Below, piece after piece: positions 26,141-38,494 of a DNA stretch of 64,000 bases. The notes under the pieces are model-generated. The model did no database searches. It was given only the letters and a program-made list of their open reading frames with translations, and was not told the origin of the DNA. Where the stretch lies: positions 86,614,001 to 86,678,000 of the forward strand of contig JAGIQG010000009.1 in the NCBI GenBank assembly GCA_024679065.1, written 5' to 3'. The position numbers were made by a program, and so were the translations under genes. The number at the start of each line of letters is the position of its first letter. Positions within the stretch are counted from its first letter, which is position 1. This stretch comes from Sphyrna mokarran (Eukaryota).

Positions 26141-26714
26141 AAATTTCCTTTTCCAACGTGGCAGAGTTCAAAACTTTGTCAAAATATTATCTTTTCTTTT
26201 GAAATGATCTTGGCCATTGGCCGTTCTCAAAATTAAGGAATTTCAAAAACTTATTGGATTTTAACTCTGCGTCAATCTCACTGTCATAAAATCTCAACTG
26301 AGGGGACAGTAATTTATTATACTTCCATAAATAAATGCAAATAAATAATATTTAAGGTAATATTACTTATCTGTGTTTAGTTGTGAGAGTATAATAAGTT
26401 CACTTTTTTTGTCAAACCAATAATTAACTACTGACAGAATTACACTACCTGCCGTATTCCACTTCAGGATGGCGCTCCAGACTAACCAATCTCACAATCT
26501 CTCAAAAAGCTCATTTCCTGCTTGTTTCTTTAACCCTTTCTTCTCTGAACTCATAGCTCCTCTCTTCAGAAATTAATATGTTGAAGCCCTTAGCCACTTG
26601 CTGAGTGATACCTGCCTCTCACTACTCTTCCTGCTCCTCTCCCAAGTCTGTCAATAAGAACTCCTATTGTTAATCTGGGATGAACACCGTCCCTTCACTT
26701 CACATTTTTTTCTA

Positions 26715-26800
26715 CTCACCTGATGAAGGAGTAACGCTCTGAAAGCTCATGATTCCAAATAGACCTGTTGGATTTTAACCTGAGGTTGGGAAATTCTAAC
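26715..26800 (+). mobile_element. Penelope-like terminal repeat fragment carrying a minimal hammerhead ribozyme motif
   Basis: tcac-CTGATGA-a-GGAG-taacg-CTCT-GAAAGCTC-atga, followed by sequence shared with 61648-61730. Confidence 0.6.
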
Positions 26801-26806
26801 TGAGGC

Positions 26807-27066
26807 TGGCACACTTGCACAGTGGTTAGAACTGCCTCCTGACAGATTCAGGGATCCCGGGTCAATTCCTGTGGAGTTTGCATATTCTCCTGGTGTCTGC
26901 ATGCGTTTCCTCTGGGTGTTCCAGTTTCCTCTCACACTCTGAAAGACGTGCTAGTGAGGTGCATAGATTGAACAATTAGCAGAATGTGGCAACTATGGGA
27001 ATTTCACAGTAACTTCATTGCAGTGTTAACGTAAGACTCACTTGTAACTAACAAATAAACTTTAAC
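26807..27066 (+). mobile_element. tRNA-derived SINE with alternative tail
   Basis: Same head and core; tail ...ttcacagtaacttcattgcagtgttaa...aataaacttta. Confidence 0.8.
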
Positions 27067-27224
27067 TTTACTGTGCCCATCCTAGTCCAACATCAGCATC
27101 TCCACATCATGGCATTTTTTTAATCCTTCATGAAGGATTCTTGCGCCTTTGTACAGTCTGATCCTTCAAGTCTTTCCTTTGTCATACAGCTTTCTTTGGT
27201 CTTCTCCATTAGCTGGTTCGAGAG

Positions 27225-29960
27225 TCATAAAAGCACAGAAACTAGAAGCGGGAGTGGGCCATTCAACCCTTCAAATCTGCTCCATCATTCATTTTGATCA
27301 TGGCTGATCATCAACTTCAGTACTCTAAGCCTCCTTCCTCCTATATCCCTTGATCCCTTTAGCCTATAAATAATTTCATCTTGAAATCAGTCAACTTTTT
27401 GACCTCAACTACATTCTGTGGTTGTGAATTCCACTCACTTACCACTCTCTGGGTGAAGAAATTTCTCCTCACCTCTCTCCTAAAAGGTTTACTCTTTATC
27501 TCAAACTATGACTCCTAGGTCTGGATTCCCCCACCAATGGGAGCATTCTTTTTGAATCCCCTCTATCTAACCCTGATAGAATTTTATATGTTTCTATGAG
27601 ATCCCCATTCATCTTTCTAAATTCCAGTGAGTATAATCCTAATCAACTTAGTTTCTCCTCATATGACAGACTTACCATCCCAAGAATTAGCCTGGTAAAC
27701 CTTCGCTGTACTCCCTCTATACCAAGGATATCGTTCCTCAGATAAGGACATCAAAACTGTACACAATTCTCCAGGTGTGGCTTGGAGGTGTACAATTGCA
27801 GCAAAACATCCCCATTTCCATTCTCAAATCCTCTTGTTGTGAAGGCGAATTGCTCTCTTTACTGCCTGCTGTACCTGTGTACTTACTTTCAGTGACTGAT
27901 GCATGAGGACACCAAGGTTTTGTTGAGTATCCACCTTTCTCAATTTACACCCAATCAATTAATAATCTGCCTCCCTATTATTGTTATCAAAGTGGATAAC
28001 CTCACATTTATCCACACCATACTGCGTCTGCCTTACAGAATCATGAAGCATTTCTGCATCCCCCTCACAGCTCACCTTTCCACCCAATTTTGTCTCATCT
28101 ACAAATTTGTAGATGAGACAATCAGTTCCCTTTTCAAAATCATTAATATATAAAGTGAACAGTTGAGATCCTAGCACAGATCTCTGCTGAATCCCAGTAG
28201 GCACTGACTGCCAATCAGAAAAAGACCCATTCATACCAACTCTTTGCTTCCTATCTGCCAACCAGCTTTTTAATCCATCTCAAGATGTTACCTGAAACCC
28301 TATGTGCTTTAACTTTACAGTCATCTGTTACATGAGCCCTTGTCGAAAGCCTTTTAAAGTCTAAATAAATCACTTCCACTGATTCTCCCCAGTTAACTTT
28401 ACTTGTGACATCCTCAAAAAATTCCAATAGATTCATTAAGCATGATTTTCTTTTTGTAAATCTGTGCTGACTTTATCTAATTATAATACTGCCTTCCAAA
28501 TGCCGAATTATGAAATCCTTGATAATAGACTCGAGCAACTTCCCCATTACCAACATTATGCTCACTGATCTATATTCCCTGTTTTCTCAATACCTTACTT
28601 TTTGAATAATGGGATTACATTAGCTACACTACAATTTGTAGGAACTATACCAGAGTCTAAAAAAGTTTGGAAAATAACCACCAATTAATCTAATATTTCC
28701 AAGGCCACTTTGTTTAGTACTCTGGGATGAAGATTATCTGGACTTGGAGATGTATCCACCTTCAATTTCCCTGAAACCATTTCTCTAGTAACATTAATTT
28801 TCTTCAGCTTTTCACTAAAACATGTTTCTTTTAGCACTTCTGGTACATTATTCATGTCTTCCTTTATGAAGACTGCAGCAAAGTACAAATTTATTTCCTC
28901 AGCTATTTTTCTACTTGTTATGAAATTTGTAAGGGGCCTACATCCAAAGATGTGTGGGCAAGGTGGTTTAGCCAAGCTAAATTGTCCCTTAGTATCAGGA
29001 GGACATCTCGGGTAAATGCATGAGGTTATGGGGATAGGGCCTGAGTGGATTGTGATTGGTACAGATTTATTGGGCCAAACAACCCTTTCTGCACTGTAGG
29101 ATTCTACGATTCTTTGATTCTACATTCATTTTTGTCAATTTTTCTCTCCCTATATATCTATAGAAACTTTTACAGCCAGTTTTTATATTCCCTGTTAGCT
29201 TACTTTCATACTCCATTTTTCCCTTCTGAATCAATCCCTTCATTCTCCCTTTGCTGAATTTTAAACTGCTCCAAATCCTCAGGCCTATTGCTTTTTCTTG
29301 CCAATTTGTGTGCTTCTTTCTTGAATCTGAAACTCTAATTTCCTTGTAAGCCATAGTTTGGTCATAATTCTCTTACCATTCTTGCACCAATCAGGATTAA
29401 ACAACTTTTGGAGTTCACTTATTCATTCCCTAAATGTCTGCCATTGCCTGTCCACTGTCTTTCCTTTCAGTAATGTTTCCCTGTCTGTCATGAACAATTT
29501 GTGCCTCATAATTATCTTTATTGCAATTCAGGGCCCTGCTTTCAGAATCAACAACATGATTATTCACTTTGACAAATAATTGTATCATATTATGGTCACT
29601 CATGCCCAAGGATTTTCTCACAACTCAATTTCTCATTGGACAACACCCAGTTGAATATGGCCTGATCCCTTGCTGGTTCCTCAATGTATTGCTCCAGAAA
29701 ACTATCCAGTATGCATTCAGGAAATCCCTCTTCTATTGTACTGTGCCTAATTCAACCTTCTCATACTATATGCAGATTAAAGTTGCCTGGAGTCACAGAT
29801 GTTCCTTTAACAATGCAGATATCTGATTTCCTATCTAATGCTTTCCCCAACATTACAATTAGTTTGGTGGTCTGTATATCACTCCCACAATGTCTTTTGC
29901 CCCTTATTTTTTTTTTAACTCGACCCATACAAATTCCACATCATCTATGTTAATCTTTTT
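27225..29960 (-). mobile_element. Old decayed CR1 spanning late APE to 3' tail
   Basis: LGMSDHNMI, SPSPDNLHPRVL, NLLEFFEDVT, FVDETKLGG remnants. Confidence 0.8.
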
Positions 29961-30059
29961 TTTCAATATTGTATCAATATCATCTCACTCAGGCACTATG
30001 GTCGGTGCAGAGTTGGAGGTCGGAGGGCCTGTTGCTATGCTGTAATTTTCTTTGTTCTA

Positions 30060-30337
30060 CAAATAGACTTACATTCAGACTGCAACAAAGTTATTGCAAA
30101 ATTCCCTGGTCACCACGCTCCTGTGCTTGTTTGGGTACACTGAGGGAGAATTTAGCATGGTCAATGCACTTAACCAGCACATCTTTTGGACTGTGGGAAG
30201 AAAGCAGAACACCCAGAGAAAACTCATGCAGACATGGAGAGAATGTGCTACTCGACACAGTCACCCAAGGTTGGTATTGTACTTATTCCTGCCGCTGTGA
30301 AGTAGCAATGCTAATACTGTGCCAGCATGCTGCCCAC
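30060..30337 (-). mobile_element. tRNA-derived SINE with alternative tail
   Basis: Reverse-complement match to 26807-27066. Confidence 0.7.
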
Positions 30338-31299
30338 AATGCTCCTGGCTCTTCTGATCTGTGTAGGTAGTTTTGAGGTGGTTAGAATTAGATTTTAATT
30401 AAAAGAGTCAGGCTTATTAAAATAAATCAATGGAAGACATGAGTCTTGGTTGAATTAACATTACAAAGTCAAAGAATCCATCTTCTTTTGTAATGGTTTC
30501 TTCAATTTTGCAGCATCAGGAAAAGGAAAATCATGTTAAACCAATTTATGAAAGTTTTTTGAAGGTGACATATGCTGTGGATGTACTGATTTAATTTTAC
30601 CAATGACATTTGATGAGATGCCACATGAAACATTATTGCCAAAAATAAAAATTATGAAGTGACGCAACAAAAAGGGTGCAATTACTGTGATGGGATAATA
30701 TTGTAGGCCCCTCAACTGCCACCGGGACATCGAGGAATGAATATGTAGGCAGATAATGGAAAGATGCAACAACAACAACAGGGTTATCATAGTGGTTAAC
30801 TTCCCCATTTGGAGGTCCTTCACCGGTGGTAACTGCAAGCTAATTCTTGGATTTGCTTTTCTTTCGTTACCTCAAGCAGCTGTTTAACTATGAGATGATA
30901 CTGTTTTCCCAGCATTTAGAATGCACAGAGGATGCCAGTGGAGGAGGTAGGGGGGAGTAGGAGGGAGAGCACAGCGTGGCACTAGAGCACAAGGAGACAG
31001 AGGGTCATTTGAAATACTTAGAGGGTGAAGATCATGTGAAGGGTGGGGACCTTTGACCTTTTCCTTTAACTAGTGTCCCACAGCACTGAGGCAGGCCTTT
31101 TGAACATCTGCTCTGCGCACAGCAGCCCCTTGTTGGCTAGATCGACCTCAGCTCACAGCTGGCTGCCAACACCAATGGATTCGAATTTTCCCCCCTCGGC
31201 CTTCCCTGGCTGCTTCAAGGATAAAAATCCAGGTGGATACTTATTCCGAAAAATTTCAAATCGCAGGGGCTGCTACAACATGAAGGCCAGAATTAAGCA

Positions 31300-31510
31300 T
31301 AAAAGTAGAAAATGTTGGAAAGATTCAGTGGGTCTAATAAGTAGTATATGTGGGGAAAGAAAACAATTAACATTTTGAGTTCAAATAGATATTTAGAGCT
31401 CAAATGTCAATTCTTATTTCTCTCCCCACAGATACTATCAGACATGCTGAGTTTTTTTGAGCAATTTCTGTTATTTCAGATTTCCAGTATTGGCAATATT
31501 TTACTTTTTT
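31300..31510. repeat. Imperfect inverted repeat of a Penelope-like terminal fragment
   Basis: tgtggggaaagaaaacaattaacattttgagttc versus gagctcaaatgtcaattcttatttctctccccaca. Confidence 0.55.
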
Positions 31511-31799
31511 ACCAGAATTAGATTGGTGCAGTGTTTATTTAGTAACTGAACCTGGTTACATTACCAAATATTGTTCATTTACTCTCATTTGTAGAGATTG
31601 GGAGGGTCACCAATGAAGTGATCTCTGACACTAAGCTCATGAAAAGTATCAGAGGAAAACTTGATTAGGCTCTTAATACTAATAATATTATATACTGTCG
31701 GGTTAGACACCTACTCTTGTCACTTACTTGTTGCACATCTTTGCATTTAATTGATTTTTTTGTACCTTTTGGTACTTTATTCCCAATCAAAAATCCAAT

Positions 31800-32050
31800 T
31801 CAAAATAGATCCAAGCTAACAAGACAGGTCATACTTCCTATCTTGGGCTCAATCAAACACGATCCAAGCTGACAGAATAAGACATTACACCCCCTCCTGG
31901 GCTCGACCTGATCTTCAGCTTAACCAAAAGGCCCAGATGGTTTTTAAAATTTTGCTTCAAGTGAAGCCTCAGTATGACCTCATTGGCCAAGACTTGATTT
32001 TAGCCATAAGATCGAGAAGCGATAAGGATGAGACCAAGCTGGATCAAGCT
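31800..32050. repeat. Degenerate tandem repeat with GATCCAAGCT core
   Basis: gatccaagctaacaagaca...ctgggctc recurs about every 50-60 bp. Confidence 0.45.
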
Positions 32051-32844
32051 GTTTGTTTATTGACAAACGGGTCACAGTTGAATGAAGTTTATGCAATTTC
32101 AAAACAACTGATAAATTACAGTTGGCTGATGGAATATAGAAACGTGTTGCAATTATAGAAAATTCCTTTTGTTGAACATTAAAATTCAAATTTTTTTTTA
32201 AAACACAAATTCAAATTTCAGCATAAAATCTTTCAGACATGGCTGTTCATTATTTTGCCATTCATGCCTTTTCTGGATCCATCTTTTGTTTATTTACTTG
32301 TCCCATTCTGATTCCACTCGGTTCTGACCCACCAACTCTTTTTGTCATTTAATGTCTCCTACTTCTGCCTTGTTACAGACCTTCCTTTTTGTCTCTTCCT
32401 CCCTCCCCCACTTGATCTTCCTGAAAACTATATTTTCCCAATTCTCAAACTTTTCAGAATTTACTGTTTTTAATCCAAAAAGCTCATGTTTTGATGCTGG
32501 TCTCAGCAACATTATTCCAGCATCTGTACCAGTTACTGAGTGCTCTGCAGACCTTGTATTCAGTTGGTATCTTCGTCTATGAAACTGAATACTGCTCACA
32601 ACATCGTAGTACAATTCTCTCACATTGGTTTGTAAGAAATGGTGGTTCTCCATTTGTTCAGTCTTCTGCTCCAATGATATTCAGCACAGTGTTGTGAGCA
32701 CTCCCTGTTTGTGCCACTGCAGTGGACACCACCCCACAGCCACACAGCATTATGTATAATTTAGCAGCAGGACCAGTAGGGAAGACTAATGATTCTCCTA
32801 GCAATATTCTTCTTGCAATATTTAACTCTTTCAGTCTGTAAAGC

Positions 32845-33125
32845 AAAGTAAAGTTTATTTATTAGTCACAGGTAAAGCTCACATTAACAGTAACTTCACT
32901 GTGAAATTCCCCTTGTTGCCACAATCTGGTGCCTGTTTGGGTCAATGCACCTAACCAACAGGTCTTTCAGAATGTGGAAGGAATCCAAAGCACCCAGAGG
33001 AAACCCACATAGACACGAGGAAAATGTGCAAACTCCACACAGATGGTGACCCAAGCCGGGAATCAAACCCGGGTCTCTAGTGCTGTGAAGCACCAGCGCT
33101 ACCACTGTGCTAATGTGCTGCCCCA
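32845..33125 (-). mobile_element. tRNA-derived SINE with alternative tail
   Basis: Reverse-complement match to 54131-54424. Confidence 0.8.
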
Positions 33126-33390
33126 CCAGATGATTCTCTTACCAATATCCTTCCTCCAATCCTTTCAGTCTGATCATTTGTAATGATAAAACTTACAATT
33201 TCTTAAAGTTATTTCAATTTCTTGTTTAAAGTTCTGTGAGTAAATTTTTTGGACTGAAAATAAAAGGTATCGATGTCTCCAGTGGATTTTATATCTCATC
33301 GCCCAGTCTCTCTCTTTAAATGTCTTAATAGTACCAGCCATGGAATTCTCATTATTTGGAGGTACTAATTATATCCTTGAGAACATTCCA

Positions 33391-33622
33391 TGGGGCTGCA
33401 CAGTGGTTAGCACTGCTGACTTTCAGCGCCAGGGACCCGGGTTTGATTTCCAGCTTGGGTCGCTGTGTGGAGTTTGCGCATTATCCCCATATCTGTGAGA
33501 GTTTCCTCTGGGTGCTCCGGTTTCCTCTGGATGCTGTGGTTAAGGTGTGCGGATTAATTGGTTGGCCATGCTAAATTGCCCCTTAGTGTCAGGTAGACTA
33601 GCCAGGATAAGTGTATGGGGTT
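33391..33622 (+). mobile_element. tRNA-derived SINE (3'-truncated)
   Basis: cagtggttagcactgct...cgccagggacccgggtttgatt head and core. Confidence 0.8.
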
Positions 33623-34161
33623 ATTCTTTCAGCCAATCTTTCTCAAAATGTGTGTTTTCTATATCAATAATACTCATCAAAAATGTCTATTTCCTTCAAA
33701 TGTAACAGCCTTTGATATTTTGCCTCATATGCTTCACATTTTCCACTCCTCATTCTTTTCCTCTCATTATTTGAACGCTGAAAGAAAATATATTTCCAAT
33801 TCTATTTTGATAAATGGCTTCTCTTTTAATATAATTAGGAAAAGTTTTTCAGATCTTTCTTTCCCTTGTGAACAAAGCTGGTCATCATCATCTATTTCAA
33901 TTCCTATGTTCCTTGTAAATACTGCCAGTTCTTCCAGACTCCTGGATACTCTGACTAGTTATTTCCAGGGCGTTTTCAATGATGATCATAACGTCTTAGT
34001 AAACTCTACATTGTTTCTCCTTCCTTGTAGCTGGTTAAGTGTTCTGTAATATTGTTATCTAGATTACATTTTACTGTATCAAGGTCAGAGACATTATTTG
34101 CAGCATTTGAAGTGTCTGTTTGGAAGGAACTCTTGTTCTTGTTTAGTTGTGGTTTTGTTAC

Positions 34162-34308
34162 CTTCCATTGGGATATGTGAACTTTTTAACCCACTCGGAA
34201 AAGGCTCCAGGGTGAGATGAGGGTCAGATTTGCTCAGATCCAGTTCCACTTTATTATCCATAGCTTCTGGATGATGGTGAGATGGGTTGGTCTCCAAAAA
34301 CAGTTCTG
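34162..34308 (-). CDS. Candidate cytoplasmic exon of the MHC class I-like gene (or an exon of an adjacent NLR-like gene)
   Basis: Acceptor gtgtgtgtttcAG, 147-nt open phase 1-1 frame AELFLETNPSHHHPEAMDNKVELDLSKSDPHLTLEPFPSGLKSSHIPME, donor G|GTAAC. Non-repetitive sequence; no homology recognised. Confidence 0.4.
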
Positions 34309-34667
34309 CTGAAACACACACCCAGTACAGAGGCATTAAAAAAGATGGATTTGAAGACATGAAGGAAGCAATCAATAAAAGAAAGCACGTGAGAACTACG
34401 AAACTAAATTAACAAAGAACATAAAAATAATTTGAGGTTTTTCAGGAACTGATCACAGAAGGAAAATCAAGAAAGGGACAGGACAGAAAAAGGGCCACTC
34501 GGAATACACATGACTAAGGGTCAGTAATGTTGAATAATTACTTTGTCTCTGTGTTTATCAGGGAAATTAAAAGGGAAAAGACCAAAATAGAAATCAAGAT
34601 ATTGAAGATGAAAGGTGGGAAATAATTGGTAAACAAATCAAATTTAGGATAAACTGGTCTGAATGGA

Positions 34668-34990
34668 TGGGGCGACACCATAGCACAGTGGTTAGCACTG
34701 CTGCTTCACAGTTCCAGAGACTTGGGTTCGATTCCAGCTTGGGTCACTGTCAGTGTGGAGTTTGCACATTCTCCTCACGTCTGTGTGGGTTTCCTCTGGA
34801 TGCTGTGGTTTCCTCCCACAGTCCAAAGATATGCAGATCAAGTTTTCTTGTCATGCTAAACTTGCCCTTAGTGTCCTGAAATGCATAGGTTAGAGGGATT
34901 AGTGAGTAAATATGTAGGGATATGGATGGAATTGTGGTTGATGCAGACTTGATGGGCCAAATAGCCTCTTTCTATACTGTAGGATTTATG
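34668..34990 (+). mobile_element. tRNA-derived SINE with CR1-type tail
   Basis: cagtggttagcactgctg...gggttcgattcc head, core and tail. Confidence 0.82.
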
Positions 34991-37874
34991 TGATTATATC
35001 CATATATATTATGAGAAATTAAGATTGCAGAGACACTTTATAATTACATAAGAACTCATCAGCAAATGGAATAATGCCAGAGGACTGAAGGATAACTATC
35101 ATGATTCCAATACACAAAAGAAGGCATTAGAATATGTCCAAGGATCGAAGGAACAGTGAGTTTATGATACACAATAAAGATAACCCTTACTCAAAGATGT
35201 GGTTTAAAAAATGCCTAGACTAGGATTTTCTTCTCCTGTACATGTAGGAGGGGTTTGGCAAAAAACTTTACAAGAATATCAAAGTCGCATTTCACATTAA
35301 TGTCAAAGCAGGAAGTGATTATGTCAGTGATAGGCTGCCTTTCCCATTGGTCAGGTGTTGGGAACTTCATTTTAATATATTTGCATACCATTTTTGGGTC
35401 CATGTGCTAGAATCATACCCCCCTCTTCCACCTCCAGTCAAAAAAATCCATCCATGATGGCATGATGTCAGAATGGCATGATATATCTGGTGAGAAATAT
35501 TCCAAGAGGAACTCAGATGAGTGCAGAGCTCAGCTGGGAGAGGAAAAGTTAAAAATGCCAGGGTAATGCTGGTGTAAGGTACTAGTTTTGTACTAGAGGG
35601 TGCAGTTGGATAGAGAATATTGTTGGTGTGCTCATGATGTGTTGGGTGGCCCTTAAAAATGGCACCCAGGTCATCAAAGTGGTGGACTGATGTTGGGGCA
35701 GGTGAATCAGAAGCTGCCTACCAGCAATGCAACTTGAAACCCTTGCTTTCCATTCTTCAAAGTCCTGCACTGTATGGTGGAAAATGTCACCATTGCCATC
35801 AGGGGGCTCAACACCACTTTTCATGCCTGACACCAGACTTTGTCAATAGCAGAAAAAAATCCCACTCCAAAAAACATGTAGTTTACATGGATTTCAAATG
35901 CAAATGTAAATTTCTGATCAATCTTATTGACATTTTTGAAGAAGTAATAGAAATTGTGAAATTGTGTATTTGAATTTTCCAGAAGTCTTCAATACAGTGG
36001 GCAACATTTTCTGGCCATTCACACCAGCAAGTTCTTTCAGTCCCGCCTATGGTGCACCCCTGCCATAGGTTTCATGGCAGTGAAGAGTGCTTTCAACGGG
36101 GAACTCCAGGGTAGGACAAGATTCATTCGCCAGTCAATGGTGGGCCACTTCCTGCACCATGAAACATGCAGCAGATTGTTCAATAAATCCATCCAATGTT
36201 AACATTTGGAAATCTCAAAACTTGGACCAGTGCATGTAAAGTCAAGGTATAGTAGAAAAGTGGATAGTAAAATTAAACAGAAAACAGAGAGTAAGGGTTA
36301 TAGGCATCAAGAATAATTTAGATGTTTCAGAAAATAACTAAGTTTTAAGAATATAGCTTTTATGTTGCTGGTTAAAAAGTTTAATTGTAGAGGAATAACA
36401 GCATCTGGCTAAGAAACTGCAAGCAACCCTGAAGTCAATGTATTTCAAACCAGCTTGAAGTTAATTACACTTCAAAGTTAACCAGTATTTACCTTGCAAG
36501 ATCAGAGCAATGGGTGTAACGATTTCCATAGAAACCCTACAGTGCAGAAAGAGGCCATTCAGCCCATCGAGTTTGCACTGACAACAGTCCCACCTGTATT
36601 TACCCAGTAATCCCTCTAACTTACGCATATACTAAGGGGCAATTTAGCTTGGCCAATCCACCTAACCCACACATCTTTGGACTTTCAACAGTGGATGCCC
36701 TATTGTTAAGCTTCAAGTGTTGCTGAAGTGTCTTTACCTGCGTCAATAAAAGATTTATGTTTGGTATGAAATTTTCAGATAATAGGAAACTGAAAAAAAG
36801 ATTGACAAAGACGAGAAATTCTTCGTAGGTCAGAGTCTGGAGAAAACACACCATATTCATGTGCAACATATATATGTTCATGGGATGTGGCCATTGCTGA
36901 CCAGACTGGTATTTATTGCCCATCACTAACCACCATCAAGAAGATGGTGGTGAACCATTTACCTGAAATGTTGCATGTGGTATAGCTACAGCCACAGTGC
37001 TGAAAAGGAAGGAGTTCCAGGATCTTGACCTAACGACAGTGATGGAACAACAATACAGTTCCAAGTCAGGATGGCGATGGATTGAGGGGAAATTATAGGT
37101 GGTGGTGTGCCCATGCATTCAGTGTTCTAGCCCTTCTAGGTTATAGAAGTTGTAGGTTTGAAAGACTCTGTTGAAGGAACCTTGGTGAGTTGCTGTTGTA
37201 TATCTTGTCGATGATATACACTGCTGCCACTGTGCGTCTTCGATGGTATCATGTGTCTCGATTTTTGGTGCAGCTGCATTCATATAGGCAAGTGAAGAGT
37301 TTTTCATCACTCCTGGCTTGTAGCTTGTAGATGGTGGACAGGTTTAAGGGGATCAGAAGGAAGTTGCTCTCTGCAGTAGTCCCAAACTCTGACCTGCTCT
37401 GGTAGCCACAGTATTTAATGGCTAGTCCATGTTCATTTTCTGATTTAAGCTAACCCCGAAGAAATTGACAGTAATTCAGTGATGGTAATGTCAAGGGCAA
37501 TGGTTAGATACTCTCTAGGTTAGTTTAGATGGATTAGCCATGGTAAATTTGTGGGGTTACGGGGTAAGATATTCTGTCAGAGAGCTAGTATAGACTTGAT
37601 AGGCTGAATGGCCTCCTTCTGCACTGTAGGGATTATGTGATTCTATGAAATCACCTAGGTTTATTTTAAGAGAAATACAACTGAAAATTGGGAAGCTATG
37701 TTAAACTAATACACATCCTTGTTTCGATCACAAAGAACAGAGCACATAATCCTAGCCTTCATATTCAATAAAGTCAATTCATTCACACTGTTCACCTCAG
37801 TTCTACATTCCCTTCTTTTTCACTCTCTCCTCTGTGTTACATATTCCAAGTATTAGAAATTCTCCATTCCTCAC

Positions 37875-38039
37875 CTGATTCCCCAGATCCAGATTCTCCA
37901 TTCTCTGATTCTTTTTCGCCTGTCTGTGGCCTTTTCCAAATGGCTATTGCAATTATTCCCAATATAGCAGCCAGTATACTGATTACTGATCCAGCTATAA
38001 TTGCAAGTTGTGAGTGCCCACCACTGCTTTCTGGTACTT
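37875..38039 (-). CDS. MHC class I-like heavy chain exon 5 (connecting peptide, transmembrane, start of tail)
   Basis: Acceptor atgtttttcAG, phase 1. EVPESSGGHSQ-LAIIAGSVISILAAILGIIAIAIW-KRPQTGEKESENGESGSGES, then donor G|GTGAGG. Read-through would stop at 37837..37839 (356 aa total). Confidence 0.8.
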
Positions 38040-38494
38040 CTGAAAAACATTGAAATGATATCAGTAATGTCTTCGTTTATTAGCAGTTCTATGATAGAAT
38101 AAAGACAAGAGGTAACCAGACTATGTCCCAAGATTTAAAGTAAAGTTTTGAAGTCAGTGTCACAGTGTTTCTTATCTGCTGACAGAAAACACCCAATTTT
38201 CATTGAAATTAAGGCTGGTATTATACATTTGCAGCAAGTTAAAAAATGATTGTGGGTCTCAGATTGGAGTAAAAGGTAGTGAAGAGGATAACAGGATCCA
38301 TTGACAGGCAGCAATGAGCACACTACAGGCACGCATCAGCCCCGAGTGCAGAATCTAGGTTCTCACTATACTGCAACTCAGAGGAACATCAGTCAATGCT
38401 GAGGGAATGCTGCACTGTTAGAGACTCAATACTGAGGGAATCCTGTACTTGTCGCAGGGTCAATACTGAGTGTGCTGACTGTAGGAGCATCAAT

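Larger units (their letters stand above)
32460..34058 (-). pseudogene. Frameshifted remnant resembling an NLR-type gene (death-fold-like segment plus ribonuclease-inhibitor-type LRR start; no NACHT seen)
   Basis: Pieces in shifting frames: ITEHLTSYK...IENALE...RVSRSLEELAVFT...QGKERSEKLFLIILKEK (34058-33790), KDWLKE (~33630), LKELNI...CGVVSTAV...LNIIGAED...NQCERIVL...TDAGIMLLRPASKH (32840-32470). Resemblance judged by eye only. Confidence 0.35.

Noticed and set aside
33615-34049. 144-aa hydrophobic + strand ORF
   Set aside because: No recognisable motif or splice context; likely the antisense shadow of purine-rich minus-strand sequence.
34668-34745. tRNA genes at SINE 5' ends
   Set aside because: A/B-box-like motifs continue into SINE core and tail sequences; no complete cloverleaf is evident.
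35205-35235. Alternative MHC last exon GEENPSLGIF*
   Set aside because: The acceptor is plausible, but the segment is short, flanked by decayed repeats, and has no independent support.
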